This document shows, one piece after another, positions 50,987-63,408 of a stretch of 64,000 nt of DNA (positions are counted from its first letter, which is position 1; the number at the start of each line of letters is the position of its first letter). The stretch comes from Malacoraja senta (Eukaryota). Location: NCBI GenBank assembly GCA_038087875.1, contig CM075988.1, positions 16,742,001 to 16,806,000 of the forward strand. The letters are read 5' to 3'. The notes beneath the pieces are model-generated. The model worked only from the letters and a program-made list of their open reading frames with translations. It was not told where the DNA came from and did no database searches. The position numbers and the translations under genes were made by a program.

Positions 50987-51979
50987 ATTCAAAATGGACA
51001 TGATAAGGAACCTCTCCTCTGAGGCTGTGAATCAGGAGCCTGCTGTCCTGGAAAAGTCTGGAGACTGGAGCATTGACTATATTCATTAGCGGTAGGTAAG
51101 TCAAGCTCCCATTGAAGTCAGATCAATCACGACCTTATTGGATGGCTGACCAAACTCAGGGGGCTGTGCGCTCTTCTCCTACTCGTGACACAACAAAATT
51201 CCTTAACTTAATGGGTTGAAATGAACTCAGTTATGGAAGGAGGGAGCAGGTTAACAGCTGAAGGACTCAGTCCATCAGCTGGAAGAAGGATTGCAACGAG
51301 AATGAACAGAGACCTGTCACTCAGGCTCTCGACCGTGGACTGGTGGGAGTGTATTCTGCTAAATAAATAAAACTCCAAAATTAACAAGGTAATAGATGCA
51401 GTTTTTGAAACAATCTTTGCCCAAGGAATTTCTCATATCTATCTAAATATGCCCTTACACTGTCCTGGAGGAATTCAAGCTCCAGAATGGCATGTGTGAA
51501 TGGATCAAGGCATTTGAGTGTAACGGTAAAAAATATTGCCTTTGGCTTTCATTCGCATCAATATTTCATAACAAAGTGTGGTCGAATCCATCAACCGTGC
51601 TGAAGGCAAAAAATTCGGGTCAATACTAAGCTAAAACTATTGAGGATCACACTAGTTTTAAAAATGTTTCCAATTTCTTGGCAATTGTTCTTATTAAATG
51701 GGGATGTCTCAGCTGGCTTCTGTTTATCAGGCAAGACACGGAGAAGGGGAGAAATTATTCAGCGCTCCAAACTCATTCCCAATCCAAAATGGTAGAAGGC
51801 AGGTTGTTTCTGATTATAAAACAACATAGGAATTGTTTGCTAATGAGGAATTTGAGAGGTACTGACAGACACAGCTTTTTGGGGGAATCTCGGTAATATC
51901 ACGTTATGCAGGAGGAGTCAGATGATGAAAGGTGGGAGGGAGGAGGCTACTGATAAGCACATAGATTTGTTGCGGTAGA

Positions 51980-52235
51980 ACGTAGAACAGGCCCTTCAGT
52001 CCACAATGTCTATGCCGAACATGATGCCTCCACCAACTCTTATCTGCCTGCACGTAATCCATATCCCTTCATTCCCTGCACATTCATGCGCCTATCCAAA
52101 TCTCACTTAAATGCCACGATTGTATCTGCCTCCATCATCACCCCTGGGAGTGCGTTCCAGGCACTCGCCACCCGCTGTGTAAAAAAAAACTTGCTCCACA
52201 CATCTCCTTTAAACTTTGCTTCCTCTCACCTTAAA
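51980..52235 (-). mobile_element. CR1 3' end
   Basis: aacaggcccttcagtccacaatg...ttccaggcactcgccacc...ctcctttaaactttgc. Confidence 0.75.
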
Positions 52236-52589
52236 TGAAGGAGTTGTTACTGTGTTCTTTGATATCTGCTGTCTCCTCTCATGTACGAATACAGACTAAT
52301 TGGCAGATGGAAAATATACCCCTGCAAGTGTCAATGATCCAGGAATTAATGCCCCTCACTCATCACCTCCTGATTATCTTTCCCACTCATCTACACTGGG
52401 GACAGTTTATAGTCGCCAGTGTGGGATGTGGGAGGAAACAGAGTCCTCATGGGAAACCCAAACATTTACAGGGCGAACATGCAAAGTCCACATTGATAGC
52501 AGCTGAGGTCAGGATCTAACCCATGCCACTGGAACTGTGCAGCAGTACCATTGTAATATATATATAACGCCTTGGACATTACGCAATAC

Positions 52590-53045
52590 AATGCTGCCTG
52601 GATTAGAGTACACTAGTTGTAAGGAGAAGTTGGATAAACATGTTTCTGGAAAGCAAGAGGTTGATAGCAGTATTAAAAATTATGGGAGGCATAGATAGGG
52701 TAGATAGTCAGAACCTTTTTTTCCCCAAGATGGAAATGTCAAAGACTAGAGAACAGTGCTTTGAGATGTTTGGGCAACGTTTAAAGGAGATGTGTGGAAC
52801 ATGTGATTTTACACAGAGAGTGGTGAGTGCCTGGAACATGCTGACATGGATGATGGTGGAGGCAGATACAACAGTGGTGTTTAGGATGCTAGTTGAGCTG
52901 CTGCCTTTCAGGAAATAATGTTGTCCTCATGTATGTCCTAAATGTATTATGTTCTATCATTTTTGGATAAGCACATTCAGGGATGGAGGAATATGGGTAG
53001 TGTGCAGGCAGATTAGATGACTTCCTCTTGGCATTATGTTGGACA
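52590..53045 (+). mobile_element. CR1 3' fragment (degenerate)
   Basis: KIMGGIDRVDSQNLF...FTQRVVSAWNML. Confidence 0.75.
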
Positions 53046-53446
53046 ATTTACAGAGGCCCATTAACCTTCAAACCCGCACGGCTTCGGGATGTGGGAGGAA
53101 ACCAGAGCTTCTCTACGAGTCTAATGGAGGATTCGAAAACACGACCCAAAATGTCACCTATCCATGTTCTCCAAAGATGCTGCCTGACCCGTTGAGTTAT
53201 TCCAGCACCACTTAGTGTCCGTTTAGTGTTTTAACCAATAGTTCTTTGTTACTGGCATTTGATGATGTTGCTGCTTTTCACACAAGTACAACTGTCGTGG
53301 TCAGCTCATCATTATTTTGCTCCCATTGGGCATTCCAGTTTTGCAGTGTGAAAGGCTCGTTGAAGCCTAACCCCACAGTTGTGCTCCATTTTATTCAAAC
53401 TCTCCGTCTGACTCTCCTATTCGATCCAGCCAACTATGATTTTTTT

Positions 53447-53855
53447 CCCTTGCAACCGCAAGAGATGCAACACTTGTCCCTTCACCTCCCCCCTCCACTC
53501 CATTCAAGGACCCAAGCAGTCGTTCCAGGTGCGACAGAGGTTCACCTGCATCTCCTCCAACCTCATCTATTGCATTCGCTGCTCTAGATGCCAGCTGATC
53601 TACATCGGTGAGACCAAGCGGAGGCTTGGCGATCGTTTCGCCGAACACCTCCGGTCAGTCCGCAATAACCAACCTGAACTCCCGGTGGCTCAGCACTTCA
53701 ACTCCCCCTCCCATTCCGTATCTGACCTCTCTGTCCTGGGTCTCCTCCATGGCCACAGCGAGCAACACCGTAAATTGGAGGAAATGCACCTCATATTCCG
53801 CTTGGGCAGTCTACATCCTGGTGGCCTGAACATTGAATTCTCCCAATTCTGCTAG
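53447..53855 (+). pseudogene. PLE Cys-rich linker and GIY-YIG endonuclease domain, uninterrupted frame
   Basis: PCNRKRCNTC...FTCISSNLIYCIRCSRCQLIYIGETKRRLGDRFAEH...VAQHFN...GLNIEF; the apparent ATG at 53436 comes from the TSD. Confidence 0.85.
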
Positions 53856-53969
53856 CCCTGGCTGTCCCCTCCCCTTCATCAGCCATCTGGTTGTCTCCTC
53901 CCCTCCCCCAGCCCTCGGGCTCCTCCTCCGCCTTTTCCTTTTTTCCTTTCTTCTCCCCACCCCCTATCA

Positions 53970-54002
53970 GTCTGAAGAAGGGTTTCGGCCCGAAACGTTA
54001 CC
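53970..54002 (+). ncRNA. Minimal hammerhead ribozyme motif
   Basis: GT-CTGAAGA-A-GGGT(TTCG)GCCC-GAAAC-GTT-AC. Confidence 0.7.
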
Positions 54003-55020
54003 TATTTCCTTCGCTCCATAGATGCTGCTGCACCCACTGAGTTTCTCCAGCATTTTTGTGTACCTATGATTTTTTTATTGACTGTTTTCCCATTACCCCG
54101 GCCTTAATAAGATCATTTATATTGAACGTTGAGTGAATAACCATCTAAACCCCTGGTGATTTGGATGCAGTCGTAGGGACTGTTTATACTTTGATACCTC
54201 TAATTGTCTTCACTTCCAATCAACCACAGCACATTAAAGATCAGCAAGTTGCGTGGTTTTAAATTAGTGAAATTGACTTGAGACCGACCAGTTTGGTGAC
54301 TGTGTAAATACACAGAAACACATTAAGAAGAAGGATTGCCCACGGCTGTGCCCACCTTCCCCCATCTGTATAATTAAAGAACAACACGGAGTGATTTACT
54401 CACTTGTCGTCGTCTTTGGCCTAATATTCTCAGCTTCTACTCATACCTGGAACCCCTCCAATACCACAGGCTGTAGCTGACCTACATACATTTTGCAACA
54501 ACTCTGTCCACTTGGAGATCAGCGGAGGGTGCTTTGAACTGCACAATGTGCCAAAGGCAACCAAGCCGGGAACTGGCCAAACCAGCTGATGCAACTTGCA
54601 AAATGCGACAGACAGTTTTAAAATAATTATCACACGCCGCACTTTCCCCCCAAATATTTCCTTGGACACATCCTTCCAACCACAGAGACACGCGCAGAAA
54701 CTGACTTGGGAAAACAATCAGGAAAAAACTACTGATGACAAAACTGGAAAGGATAACATGTGAGCAAAATATCAGTGGGACGAATGGTTTTAAGGAGCAG
54801 CTGTAAGGAGAAGGAAGTAGGGAGGGGTTAAGGGTAAAGCGGCCAGTTCCAGAATGTAGGTTAATGGTCGATGGCAGCACAGATAGTAAATTGTATTGTC
54901 ACTGAGGGTGCACAAGAACTCTGCTCAGATTTAAGTTAATTGGGAAGTGGTGAAGATGTTATTTTCACCCAATGTAATGATGGGGCTTGTCTGAAAGGGT
55001 GGTGGTGGTCAAGAACCAGA

Positions 55021-55281
55021 GAACATAGGTTTACGGTGAGGGGGGAAAGATTTAATAGGTAACTTTTTCACACAGAGGGTGGTGGGTGTATGGAACGAGC
55101 TGCCGGAGGGGGAGTTGAAGCTGGTAGTATCGCAACGTTTAAGAAACATTTGGAGAAGCACACGAGTAGGACAAGTTTAGAGGGATATGGGCAGGTGGGA
55201 CCTGGTGTGGTCGGGACATGTTGGTCGGTGTGGGCAAGTTGGGCTGAAGGGCCTGTTTCCACGTTGTATGACTGTGACTCT
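55021..55281 (+). mobile_element. CR1 3' end
   Basis: acacagagggtggtgggtgtatggaacgagctgcc...VEAGSIATFKKHL. Confidence 0.8.
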
Positions 55282-56567
55282 AAGTACCAGGGTGAGCACT
55301 TAAAGAGCCATAAAACAGGCCCTTCGGCCCACTGAGCCCACGCTACCACCGATCACCCATTCACACTTGTATTCCCATTTTCATAATGATCGGGCTTTTA
55401 CATCAAGCTGATTGTCTGGGAGAAGATGAGAATCAGCCTGGGCTACTGAACCCGGAAACCATCCCTGGAAAGAGCACAGCTGAGGGCAGTCTGCTCACTT
55501 TAAGAAGTTGTTGTATAATTGAACATGATGTGGGATGTGTGTTCATGGAACTGTTCAACATGACAAAGAGTTGTGGTATCTCAAGTCTCTTCTCACCATT
55601 ACAAAGGCGTCATTAGCACTAATGATAAAGAGTAGGCGGTGGAGGACGATTAACACATTTGGTTCTTTCCTCAACATTGAACAAGGTCAGCTCTTTCTGC
55701 TGCACAAACCAACAACTTATCCACAATATATATATTTTTTAACTGATAGACATAAAAGTGCAATTTATTGCAGAACATCGCAGGTTCTGAAATGTGTAAT
55801 GCTGAGGTGCTGGGGAGTGTACGCCAGGCAGCTTGGAGGGCAGATTGCCTTCTGCTGCCAGTAACCGTGTGATGAGGAGCCGAGGGTAGAAGGGGAGAGG
55901 CTGGAGGTTGGTCGAGTCCCAGTGAAGTCTGATCTAATCCCACGTTCCAGATTGCAATGGGAGGCCAACTAATTCCCCCGTTGCAACTGTCGGTGATATT
56001 GACAGAACAATTATATTTGGAAGAGGCAGCAGGATATGCTATGATACGATAAGCTTTCTTCATCCACGGAGGGAAATCACAACACAAGGTACACAAAAAT
56101 TTGAAATTACAAGTGAAAAAAAAGAAAAGGACACGCGACTGTTGGCTGGCTGCCGTGTGCACAGCGGCTAAACCGGAACGAACGAACAAACAAACAAACA
56201 AGGCAGCAATTCACCCTTGCAAATGGTTCAGGCAATTTTCCTCAGCTATGGAACTAACCACCTCATGGTAATTGTCAGAATACCTGACAACTGCTTTGCT
56301 GCACCAGGGTCAGAACAGAAAATTGTAAATTGTCCATAGTGTGTGTAGGATTGTGTTAGTGTGCGGGGATCGCTGGTCGTTGCGGACTCAGTGGGCCAAA
56401 GGGCCCGTTTCCACCCAGTATCTCTAAAACAAACTAAAAAAGCTAAACCAAAGAGTCCCGACCCAAAACGTCATCTGTCCATTTCCCTCCACAGATGTTG
56501 CCTGATCCGCTGAGTTCTCCCAGCAGTTTGTGGGTGCTTTGATCGGCCTAGAGATAGTTCTGAAGAA

Positions 56568-56855
56568 TCAGTCTGAAGATGGGTCTCGACCCAAAACGTC
56601 ACCCATTCCTTCAGCCACAGGAGTGCCATTCCTTGGCTTCCACGACAGTTATCCCAATAATCCCATTCCCAATCCCTTTATTTCTCTTCATCTGCAACTT
56701 ATTCTCTCTTTATCTCACATGCCCATCAAGAAGGGTCTCGACCCAAAGCGTCACCCATTCCTTCTCTCCAGAGATGCTGCCTGGCCCACTGAGTTACTCC
56801 AGCATTTTGTGTCTATCTTCGATTTAAACCAGCATCTGCAGTTCCTTCCTTCACA
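56568..56855 (+). mobile_element. PLE unit with duplicated hammerhead core and captured filler
   Basis: gggtctcgacccaaa.cgtcacccattcctt occurs twice around a roughly 115-bp filler. Confidence 0.7.
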
Positions 56856-57647
56856 TCCAGCAATGCCTGGCTGAATTACTGGAATGATGTGGAAAAACAT
56901 GGAAAATTGATCGTTACCGTGTTTTCCTTGGGAAGAAGAGAGAAATTGATATTCAATGGCCTAATCCTGAATAAAAGCCACTTGATTGCAATTGCCGGCA
57001 TCCCTTCACAACCTCAGCCATCATTTTGCCTGACGTATCTCATTTACAACTTGGCCTGGTGGCCTGTTCCCATGGGAAGAAAACAAGAAATTGACATCTC
57101 TCGTTTGACACTGAAGGTGTTTTTCACACTGACAACAGTGAGACAGGGAGAGAACAGCGTCAGAATAGAAAAATAATGGACACAAATGCAAAATATCGCA
57201 GATCCTGGTAATCTGAAATGAAAACAGAAAACGCTGAAAAGTCGTCAGTGTCAGGTGGTTTGTGAAGAGAGAGGAACGGAACTGATGTTTAAGAATGATT
57301 TTTTCTTTTCCATTTGAACTATTGAAGATACCGATACTTTGATCAGGTACTGTGCTGACATTCTGCCTGCCCATTTGCATGGTTGAGGAATCAATTTAAG
57401 GACCCCACATGTAGCTCAAAAATCAAGGTATCATGGTAGTCCATCCAATCTTATTCAATGATGCCACCCTGAAAGTGTGATCATTCTTCACATATTGCCC
57501 AGCGAATGTAGCAACTTACATATCCAGGATATGGAGCCAGGTTTTGGTACCAGGAGAATGTCAATTACGGGCAATGCAAGATATCCGAGCTGACAGTCTT
57601 TGACAATATGTTCCATTATTTGATTTTTATTGGCTGAAATCACTGGA

Positions 57648-57942
57648 ACCAGAACCAGGGGGTCACAGTTTAAGAATAAAGGGTAGGCCATTTAGGACTG
57701 AGACGAGGAAACACATTTTTACCCAGAGAGTTGTGAATCTGTGAAATTCTCTGCCACAGAAGGCAGTGGAAGCCAATTCACTGGAAGTCTTCAAGAGAGA
57801 GTTAGATTTAGCTCTTCGGGCTAAAGGAATCATGGGATATGGGGGGGGGAAATAGGAACGGGGTAATGAATTTTGATGATCAGCCATGATTATATGGCCT
57901 ACTTACTCCTGCACCTATTTTTCTATGTTTCTATATTTCTAT
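57648..57942 (+). mobile_element. CR1 3' end
   Basis: Same family as 22025-22435; (TTTCTAT)n tail. Confidence 0.85.
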
Positions 57943-58234
57943 GGGTGTATTGTCCAACTCCAATGTAGTTCAGGACTGTTCATATAATGGTGAAAGAGCA
58001 AGTGTAAAAGCCTTTATATGAGGCATTGTTGTTCCATTGAAACTTCCTTTGTTTCTCACCACTAAACAAGGCCTGATATACCTGATAGACTCCTTATGGT
58101 CCACAATCTTGGCACACCTTCCATTCCGCAGTGGAATCTTCCACAAGCAAGATTTGCATTGTATCTGTACCTCACTGTGTTTGGGCATATGACCATACAC
58201 TCAATTTGACTTGATTTGGTGTAAAATGATTTAT

Positions 58235-58842
58235 TTTAGTTTAGTATTATCATGTGTACCAAGGTACAGTGAAAAGCTTTTTTTGTTGCTTGCTATCCTG
58301 TGTGCGAAAAGACGATATGTGATTACAATCAAGCCTGTACGGATGCAGGATAAGGGGTATAACGTTTAGTGCAAGATAAAGTCCAGTAACGTCCCATTAA
58401 AGATAGCTCGAAGATCTCCAATGAGGTAGATGGGAGGTCAGAACTGCTCTCTGGTTGGTGAGAGGCTGGTTCAGTTGCCTGATTACAACTGAGAAGAAAT
58501 TGTCCCGGAATCTGGAAGCATGTGTTTTCAAATGTCTGTACCTCTTGACTGAAGGGAGAGGGGAGAAGAGGGAGTGACCAGGGTGAGACTCATCCTTGAT
58601 TATGCTGGGGGCGTTGCTGAGGCAGCATGAAGTGTCGATGGAGTCAATGGAAGGCAGGTCGGTGTGTGTGATGCACTGGGCTACGTCCACGACTCTCTGT
58701 CATTTCTTGCGGTCTTGAATGAAGCCGTTTCCAAACCATGCTGTGATGCATCCCGATAAAATACTTTCAACGGCACATCTGTCGAAGTTGGTGAGGGTTG
58801 TTGGGGACATGCCGAACTTCCGAAGCCTTCTAAGGAAGTAGC
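58235..58842 (-). mobile_element. Rex/Babar LINE 3' fragment
   Basis: YFLRRLRKFGMSPTTLTNF...ESILSGCITAWFGN; SHPGHSLFSPLPSVKRYR. Confidence 0.9.
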
Positions 58843-59023
58843 TGACTAAATGGTGTGGAGCAAAGTGGCCACTGAAGGATTCCCTTATAATAATCAGGGA
58901 CAAATGTTCTCCCATATCAGGAGCCAGTCAACAGTTGTTGTCTTTAGTGCGCTACTAATGGCCATGTATCGCTGCACGCCAGCATCTTTGGCATGGCGAT
59001 AACATATCCAAACAAATCATTCA

Positions 59024-59266
59024 AAGGTAGACAAAAATGCTGCAGAAACTCAGCAGGTGAGGCAGCATCTATGGAGCGAAGGAAATAGGTGACATTTTGG
59101 GTTGAGACCCTTCTTCAGACTGATGTGAGGAAGGGTCTGATGAAGGGTCTCGACCCGAAATGTCACCTATTCCTTTGCTCCATAGATGCTGCCTCACCCG
59201 CTGAGTTTCTCCAGCATTTTTGTCTACCTTCAATTTTTCCAGCATCTGCAGTTCTTTCTTAAACAT
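59024..59266. mobile_element. PLE-derived fold-back unit; canonical CTGATGA core at 59137
   Basis: Inverted arms; flanks acaaatcattca / acaaatgattca. Confidence 0.85.
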
Positions 59267-59414
59267 ACAAATGATTCATATCATTGCTTTTACTGAGATC
59301 TTGCTGTTCATATATCCCTCAGTTGGATTATTGGCTTTCAATGCTGCCATTTATAAGGAAAAAAACAAAGGTTTCTCTGACCTAGTATTGAACATTTCGA
59401 GAGTATTGCAATAG

Positions 59415-59866
59415 ACAAAACAAAAATTTGTAACACTGCCCAGTCCATCATCGGCTCTGACCTTCCTTCCATCGAGGGGATTTATCACAGTCGCTGCCTT
59501 AAAAAGGCTGGCAGTATCATCAAGGACCCACACCATCCTGGCCACACACTCATCTCCCTGCTACCTTCAGGTAGAAGGTACAGGAGCCTGAAGACTGCAA
59601 CAACCAGGTTCAGGAATAGCTACTTCCCCACAGCCATCAGGCTATTAAACCTGGCTCGGACAAAACTCTGATCATTAATAACCCATTATCTGTTATTTGC
59701 ACTTTATCAGTCTATTTATTCATGTGTGTGTATATTTATACAATGGTATATGGACACACTGATCTGTTTTGTAGTAACTGCCTACTATGTTCTGTGTGCT
59801 GAAGCAAAGCAAGAATTTCATTGTCCTATCAGGGACACATGACAATAAACTCGAACTTGAACTTGA
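59415..59866 (+). mobile_element. Rex/Babar LINE 3' end
   Basis: AQSIIGSDLPSIEGIYHSRCLKKAGSIIKDPHHPGHTLISLLPSGRRYRSL; (GAACTT)n tail. Confidence 0.9.
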
Positions 59867-59944
59867 AAAATTTAAATTTATTTACCTCCAGATAGTTTCC
59901 ATAGAAATATATAATACCATAAATAATTCACTTTGGACTCATGT

Positions 59945-60137
59945 AGACAATAGACAATAGGTGCAGGAGTAGGCCATTCGGCCCTTCGAGCCAGCACCGC
60001 CATTCAATGTGATCATGGCTGATCATCCACAATCAGTACCCCGTCCCTGCCTTCTCCCCAGATCCCCTGACTCCGCTTTCTTTAAGAGCCCTAGCTCTCT
60101 CTTGAAAACTATCCAGAGAACCGGCCTCCACCACCCT
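59945..60137 (-). mobile_element. CR1 3' end
   Basis: (TAGACAA)n tail, aggagtaggccattcggcccttcgagcc. Confidence 0.85.
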
Positions 60138-60989
60138 CTGAACAAGGGTATCAAATTCAGCTATTTTATTTCAGTAGATTTGGGCCAGTGTAAATGCTTT
60201 CCCTTGACTGCCGCGGGAAAAGTTGCCCACAGCACTGCCTGTGGAAGAGAGTTGAATCACCGAGTCCTGCGGTAAAATATACACATGGGAACATTCAATA
60301 GTTGCTGCCAATTTCATGGATTCATGATGCTGAATGTCAATAGATTCACCATTACCAGCATGAAATACAACCCCATTATATCCACTTTGTAACCTGCCTG
60401 GAAAGAGAGGCAGGCAAGGCAATTCTCTCCCGCTCTCTCTTGTTATATACTTCTAATAGCTATAAGAAAGCCCATGTGTTGTATGGAAGAGGAGGGAGAC
60501 AGTCGTATCATAATAGAGACATGCAGTGAAGAAATGGGTCTTTGGCCCACACATACATAACAACCGTATAGACCATGTACAATGAATCGATTTGCACGCA
60601 TTAGGACTGCATTCTTCCTTATCTTGCCTGTTGAAGGGTCTGTCTAAATACCTCTTAAATTGAGTCATTATACCTGATTCCACCACTTCCCCAGGCAGTG
60701 AATATGACCAAGCAGGACATGTCCTTTAAGAGCACCCACAGATTCTGCTGGGCAATAATTTTCTGCTCTCCAACCACCCAATGCCATGGCTAAGGCTGGC
60801 ACAGTGGCAAGGCAGTAGAGATGCTGCCTCACAGCTCCAATGCAGCATCGATCTCGGACAATCGGGAATTTTCACGTTTTCTCAGTGCCTGCGTGGGTTC
60901 CCTTTCCATGTTTCCAATTCCTAAATGGGTGCTGGTAGGATCATTGACTACTGTAATTTGCCCATGAGTACAGGTTAATAAGTGGAGTT

Positions 60990-61203
60990 TGTGTAAGAAG
61001 GAACTGCAGATGCTGGTTTAAACCGAAGATAGACACAAAAAATTGGAGTAACTCAGCGGGACAGGCAGAATCTCTGGAGAGAAGGAATGGGTGACGTTTC
61101 GGGTCGAGACCCTTCTTCAGTCTTGACCTGAAATGTCACCCATTCCTTCTCTCCAGAGATGCTGCCTGTCCCGCTGAGTTACTCCAGCTTTTTGTGTCTA
61201 CCC
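60990..61203. mobile_element. PLE-derived fold-back unit with TSD, nested in an old SINE (60794-61315)
   Basis: TSD aagtggagtt (60980-60989, 61204-61213). Confidence 0.85.
61089..61122 (-). ncRNA. Minimal hammerhead ribozyme motif
   Basis: Reverse complement reads CTGAAGAAGGGTCTCGACCCGAAACGTCACCC. Confidence 0.65.
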
Positions 61204-61401
61204 AAGTGGAGTTGATGGGCATGTGAGAAAAAGTTGCAGGAGAAGAGAGAAATAAAGGGATTGGGAATGGGGTTGATGGGATAACTGTCGTGGAAGCCAG
61301 CTGTGGGCTGAATGGAATTGTAAATATAAGATAAGGAAATATGTTTAAATTGATGAACAAATCACAAGAACAAACAAAACCTGTAGCTTTATAAATAGTC
61401 A

Positions 61402-61720
61402 TTTAGTTTAAGAGATGCAGCATGGAGTCAGGCCCTTCAGCCCACCAAGTCCACACAGACTACCGATCACCTGTTCATACTGGTTCTGTGTCATCTCACT
61501 TTCACATCCACGCCTACACATTAGGGGCAATGCTTCAGAGGCCAATTAACCCACAAACCCACACGTCTTTGGGGTGTGGGAGGAAACCAGAGCAGCCAAA
61601 GAAATCCACGCGATCACAGGGAGAACATGCAAACTCCACACAGACAGCACCTGAGGTCAGATTGAACCTAGGTCTCTAGCGCTGTGAGACTGAGACTCTA
61701 CCAGCTGTGCCACTGTGCTG
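61402..61720 (-). mobile_element. V-SINE
   Basis: Reverse-complement tail, V domain, head. Confidence 0.85.
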
Positions 61721-62595
61721 GCAAAGATCTAGTTTATTTTAATTTAGGTTATTACTGTCACGTGTACCGAGATACAGTGAAAAGCTTTTGTTGTGTGCTT
61801 TCCAGTCAAAGATAAGACTACATGTTTACATTCAAGCCATCCATAGTGCACAGATAAAGAATAAAGGGTACAGCATTTAACGCAAGATAATTACCAATGG
61901 AAATTTTTCCAAGCAGAGATCTGGGCTGGGAGGCTTGGAAACCTCTCCAGGTGAGAGACCTTTCATCGAGAAGTTAATGTTTTTTCATTGTATCCTCACC
62001 GCAAACATTTGAAAAAAAAATCAATTCTAACTCAAAGGCAATGGTGCAAGTGTTTGAGAAATATGGCAAGCATTCAGACAGCTCCTGGAAGGCAAAAAGG
62101 TGATCAATCTTGTTGTAGTCCATGTTCTAATCAAGTGAGACCAGCCTCTGAGTCTAGCCCCATGCATTCAGCAATACTTCTCAGTCCATTACCTTGTCTT
62201 TCTCCCTGTGTTTTCCCCAAGTCCTGACAGCCACCCAACCAAAATAAACTACCCACCAGCTAAGTCAATTGGCAATCTGCCATCTCCTTCTGCACCAGTT
62301 CAATTTGTTCTAACTCGTGATAGATCCTTCAAGGTCACTTAACCTCAAAAACCATCAACAGTATTTGCTAAATAATTCCTATCATTTTGCAGTTTTGTCA
62401 TCAGCTTTTATGAAATATCCAGACTTGGTACAACATCTGATTTATAAATGACTAAACAGTTGGACGTGGATAGGTGACTTATCTGATTGGAACCTTTCTT
62501 CAAAGTCTGAAGAAAGGTCCTGACCCGAAATGTAGCCAATTCATATCTTCCAGATATGCAGCCTGACCCATTGAGTTATTCCAGCACTTTGTGTC

Positions 62596-62912
62596 AATAG
62601 ACAATAGACAATAGACAATAGACAATAGACAATAGACAATAGGTGCAGGAGTAGGCCATTTGGCCCTTCGTGCCAGCACCGCCATTCAATGTGATCATGG
62701 CTGATCATCCCCAATCAGTACCCCGTTCCTGCCTTCTCCCCATATCCCCTGACTCCGCTATTTTTAAGAGCCCTATCCAGCTCTCTCTTCAAAGCATCCA
62801 GAGAACCTGCCTCCACCGCCCTCTGAGGCAGAGAATTCTACAGACTCACCACTCTCTGTGAGAAAAAGTGTTTCCTTGTCTCCGTTCTAAATGGCTTACT
62901 CCTTATTCTTAA
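62596..62912 (-). mobile_element. CR1 3' end with (ATAGACA)n tail, nested in a PLE unit (62505-62960)
   Basis: Tandem 7-mer tail 62596-62642; host PLE tail resumes at tttttgtaaacctgcatctg. Confidence 0.85.
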
Positions 62913-63138
62913 TGTCATTTTTTATTGTTCTTTTTTTGTAAACCTGCATCTGAAATGTCTTGTGTCTGGCTTTATTATGTGTAATACTGAGAGAATGCTG
63001 CACGATCAGAGATGCATCTTTAAGGCGAGGTATTACACTGAGGCCAAGCCTGCCTTCTGAGATGAGCTTTCAAAGAACAGCAATGACCTGGCTAAGATAG
63101 ACACAAAAAGCTGGAGTAACTCAGTGGGTCAGGCAGCA

Positions 63139-63408
63139 TAGAAACATAGAAAATAGGCCCTTCGAGCCAGCACTGCCACTCAATATCATCATGGCTGATC
63201 ATCCAAAATCAGTACCCCGTTCCTGCTTTTTCCCCATATCCCTTGATTTTGTTAGGCCTAAGAGCTAAATGTCACTCTCTCTTGAAAACATCCAGTGAAT
63301 TGGCCCCCACTGCCTTTTGTGTCAGGGAATTCCACAGATTCACAACTCTCTGGGTTAAAAGGCTTTTCCTCATCTCAGTCCTAAATGGCCTACCCTTATT
63401 CTTAAACT
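63139..63408 (-). mobile_element. CR1 3' end nested in a PLE unit (63095-63462)
   Basis: Host aggcagcat | gcatctc...ggtgacgtttcaagtcgagaccc is split by the CR1 sequence. Confidence 0.8.

Larger units (their letters stand above)
53447..54063 (+). mobile_element. 5'-truncated Penelope-like element (Neptune-like) with 13-bp TSD
   Basis: GIY-YIG ORF end, 3' UTR, hammerhead, family tail; TSD ctatgattttttt (53434-53446, 54064-54076). Confidence 0.9.
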
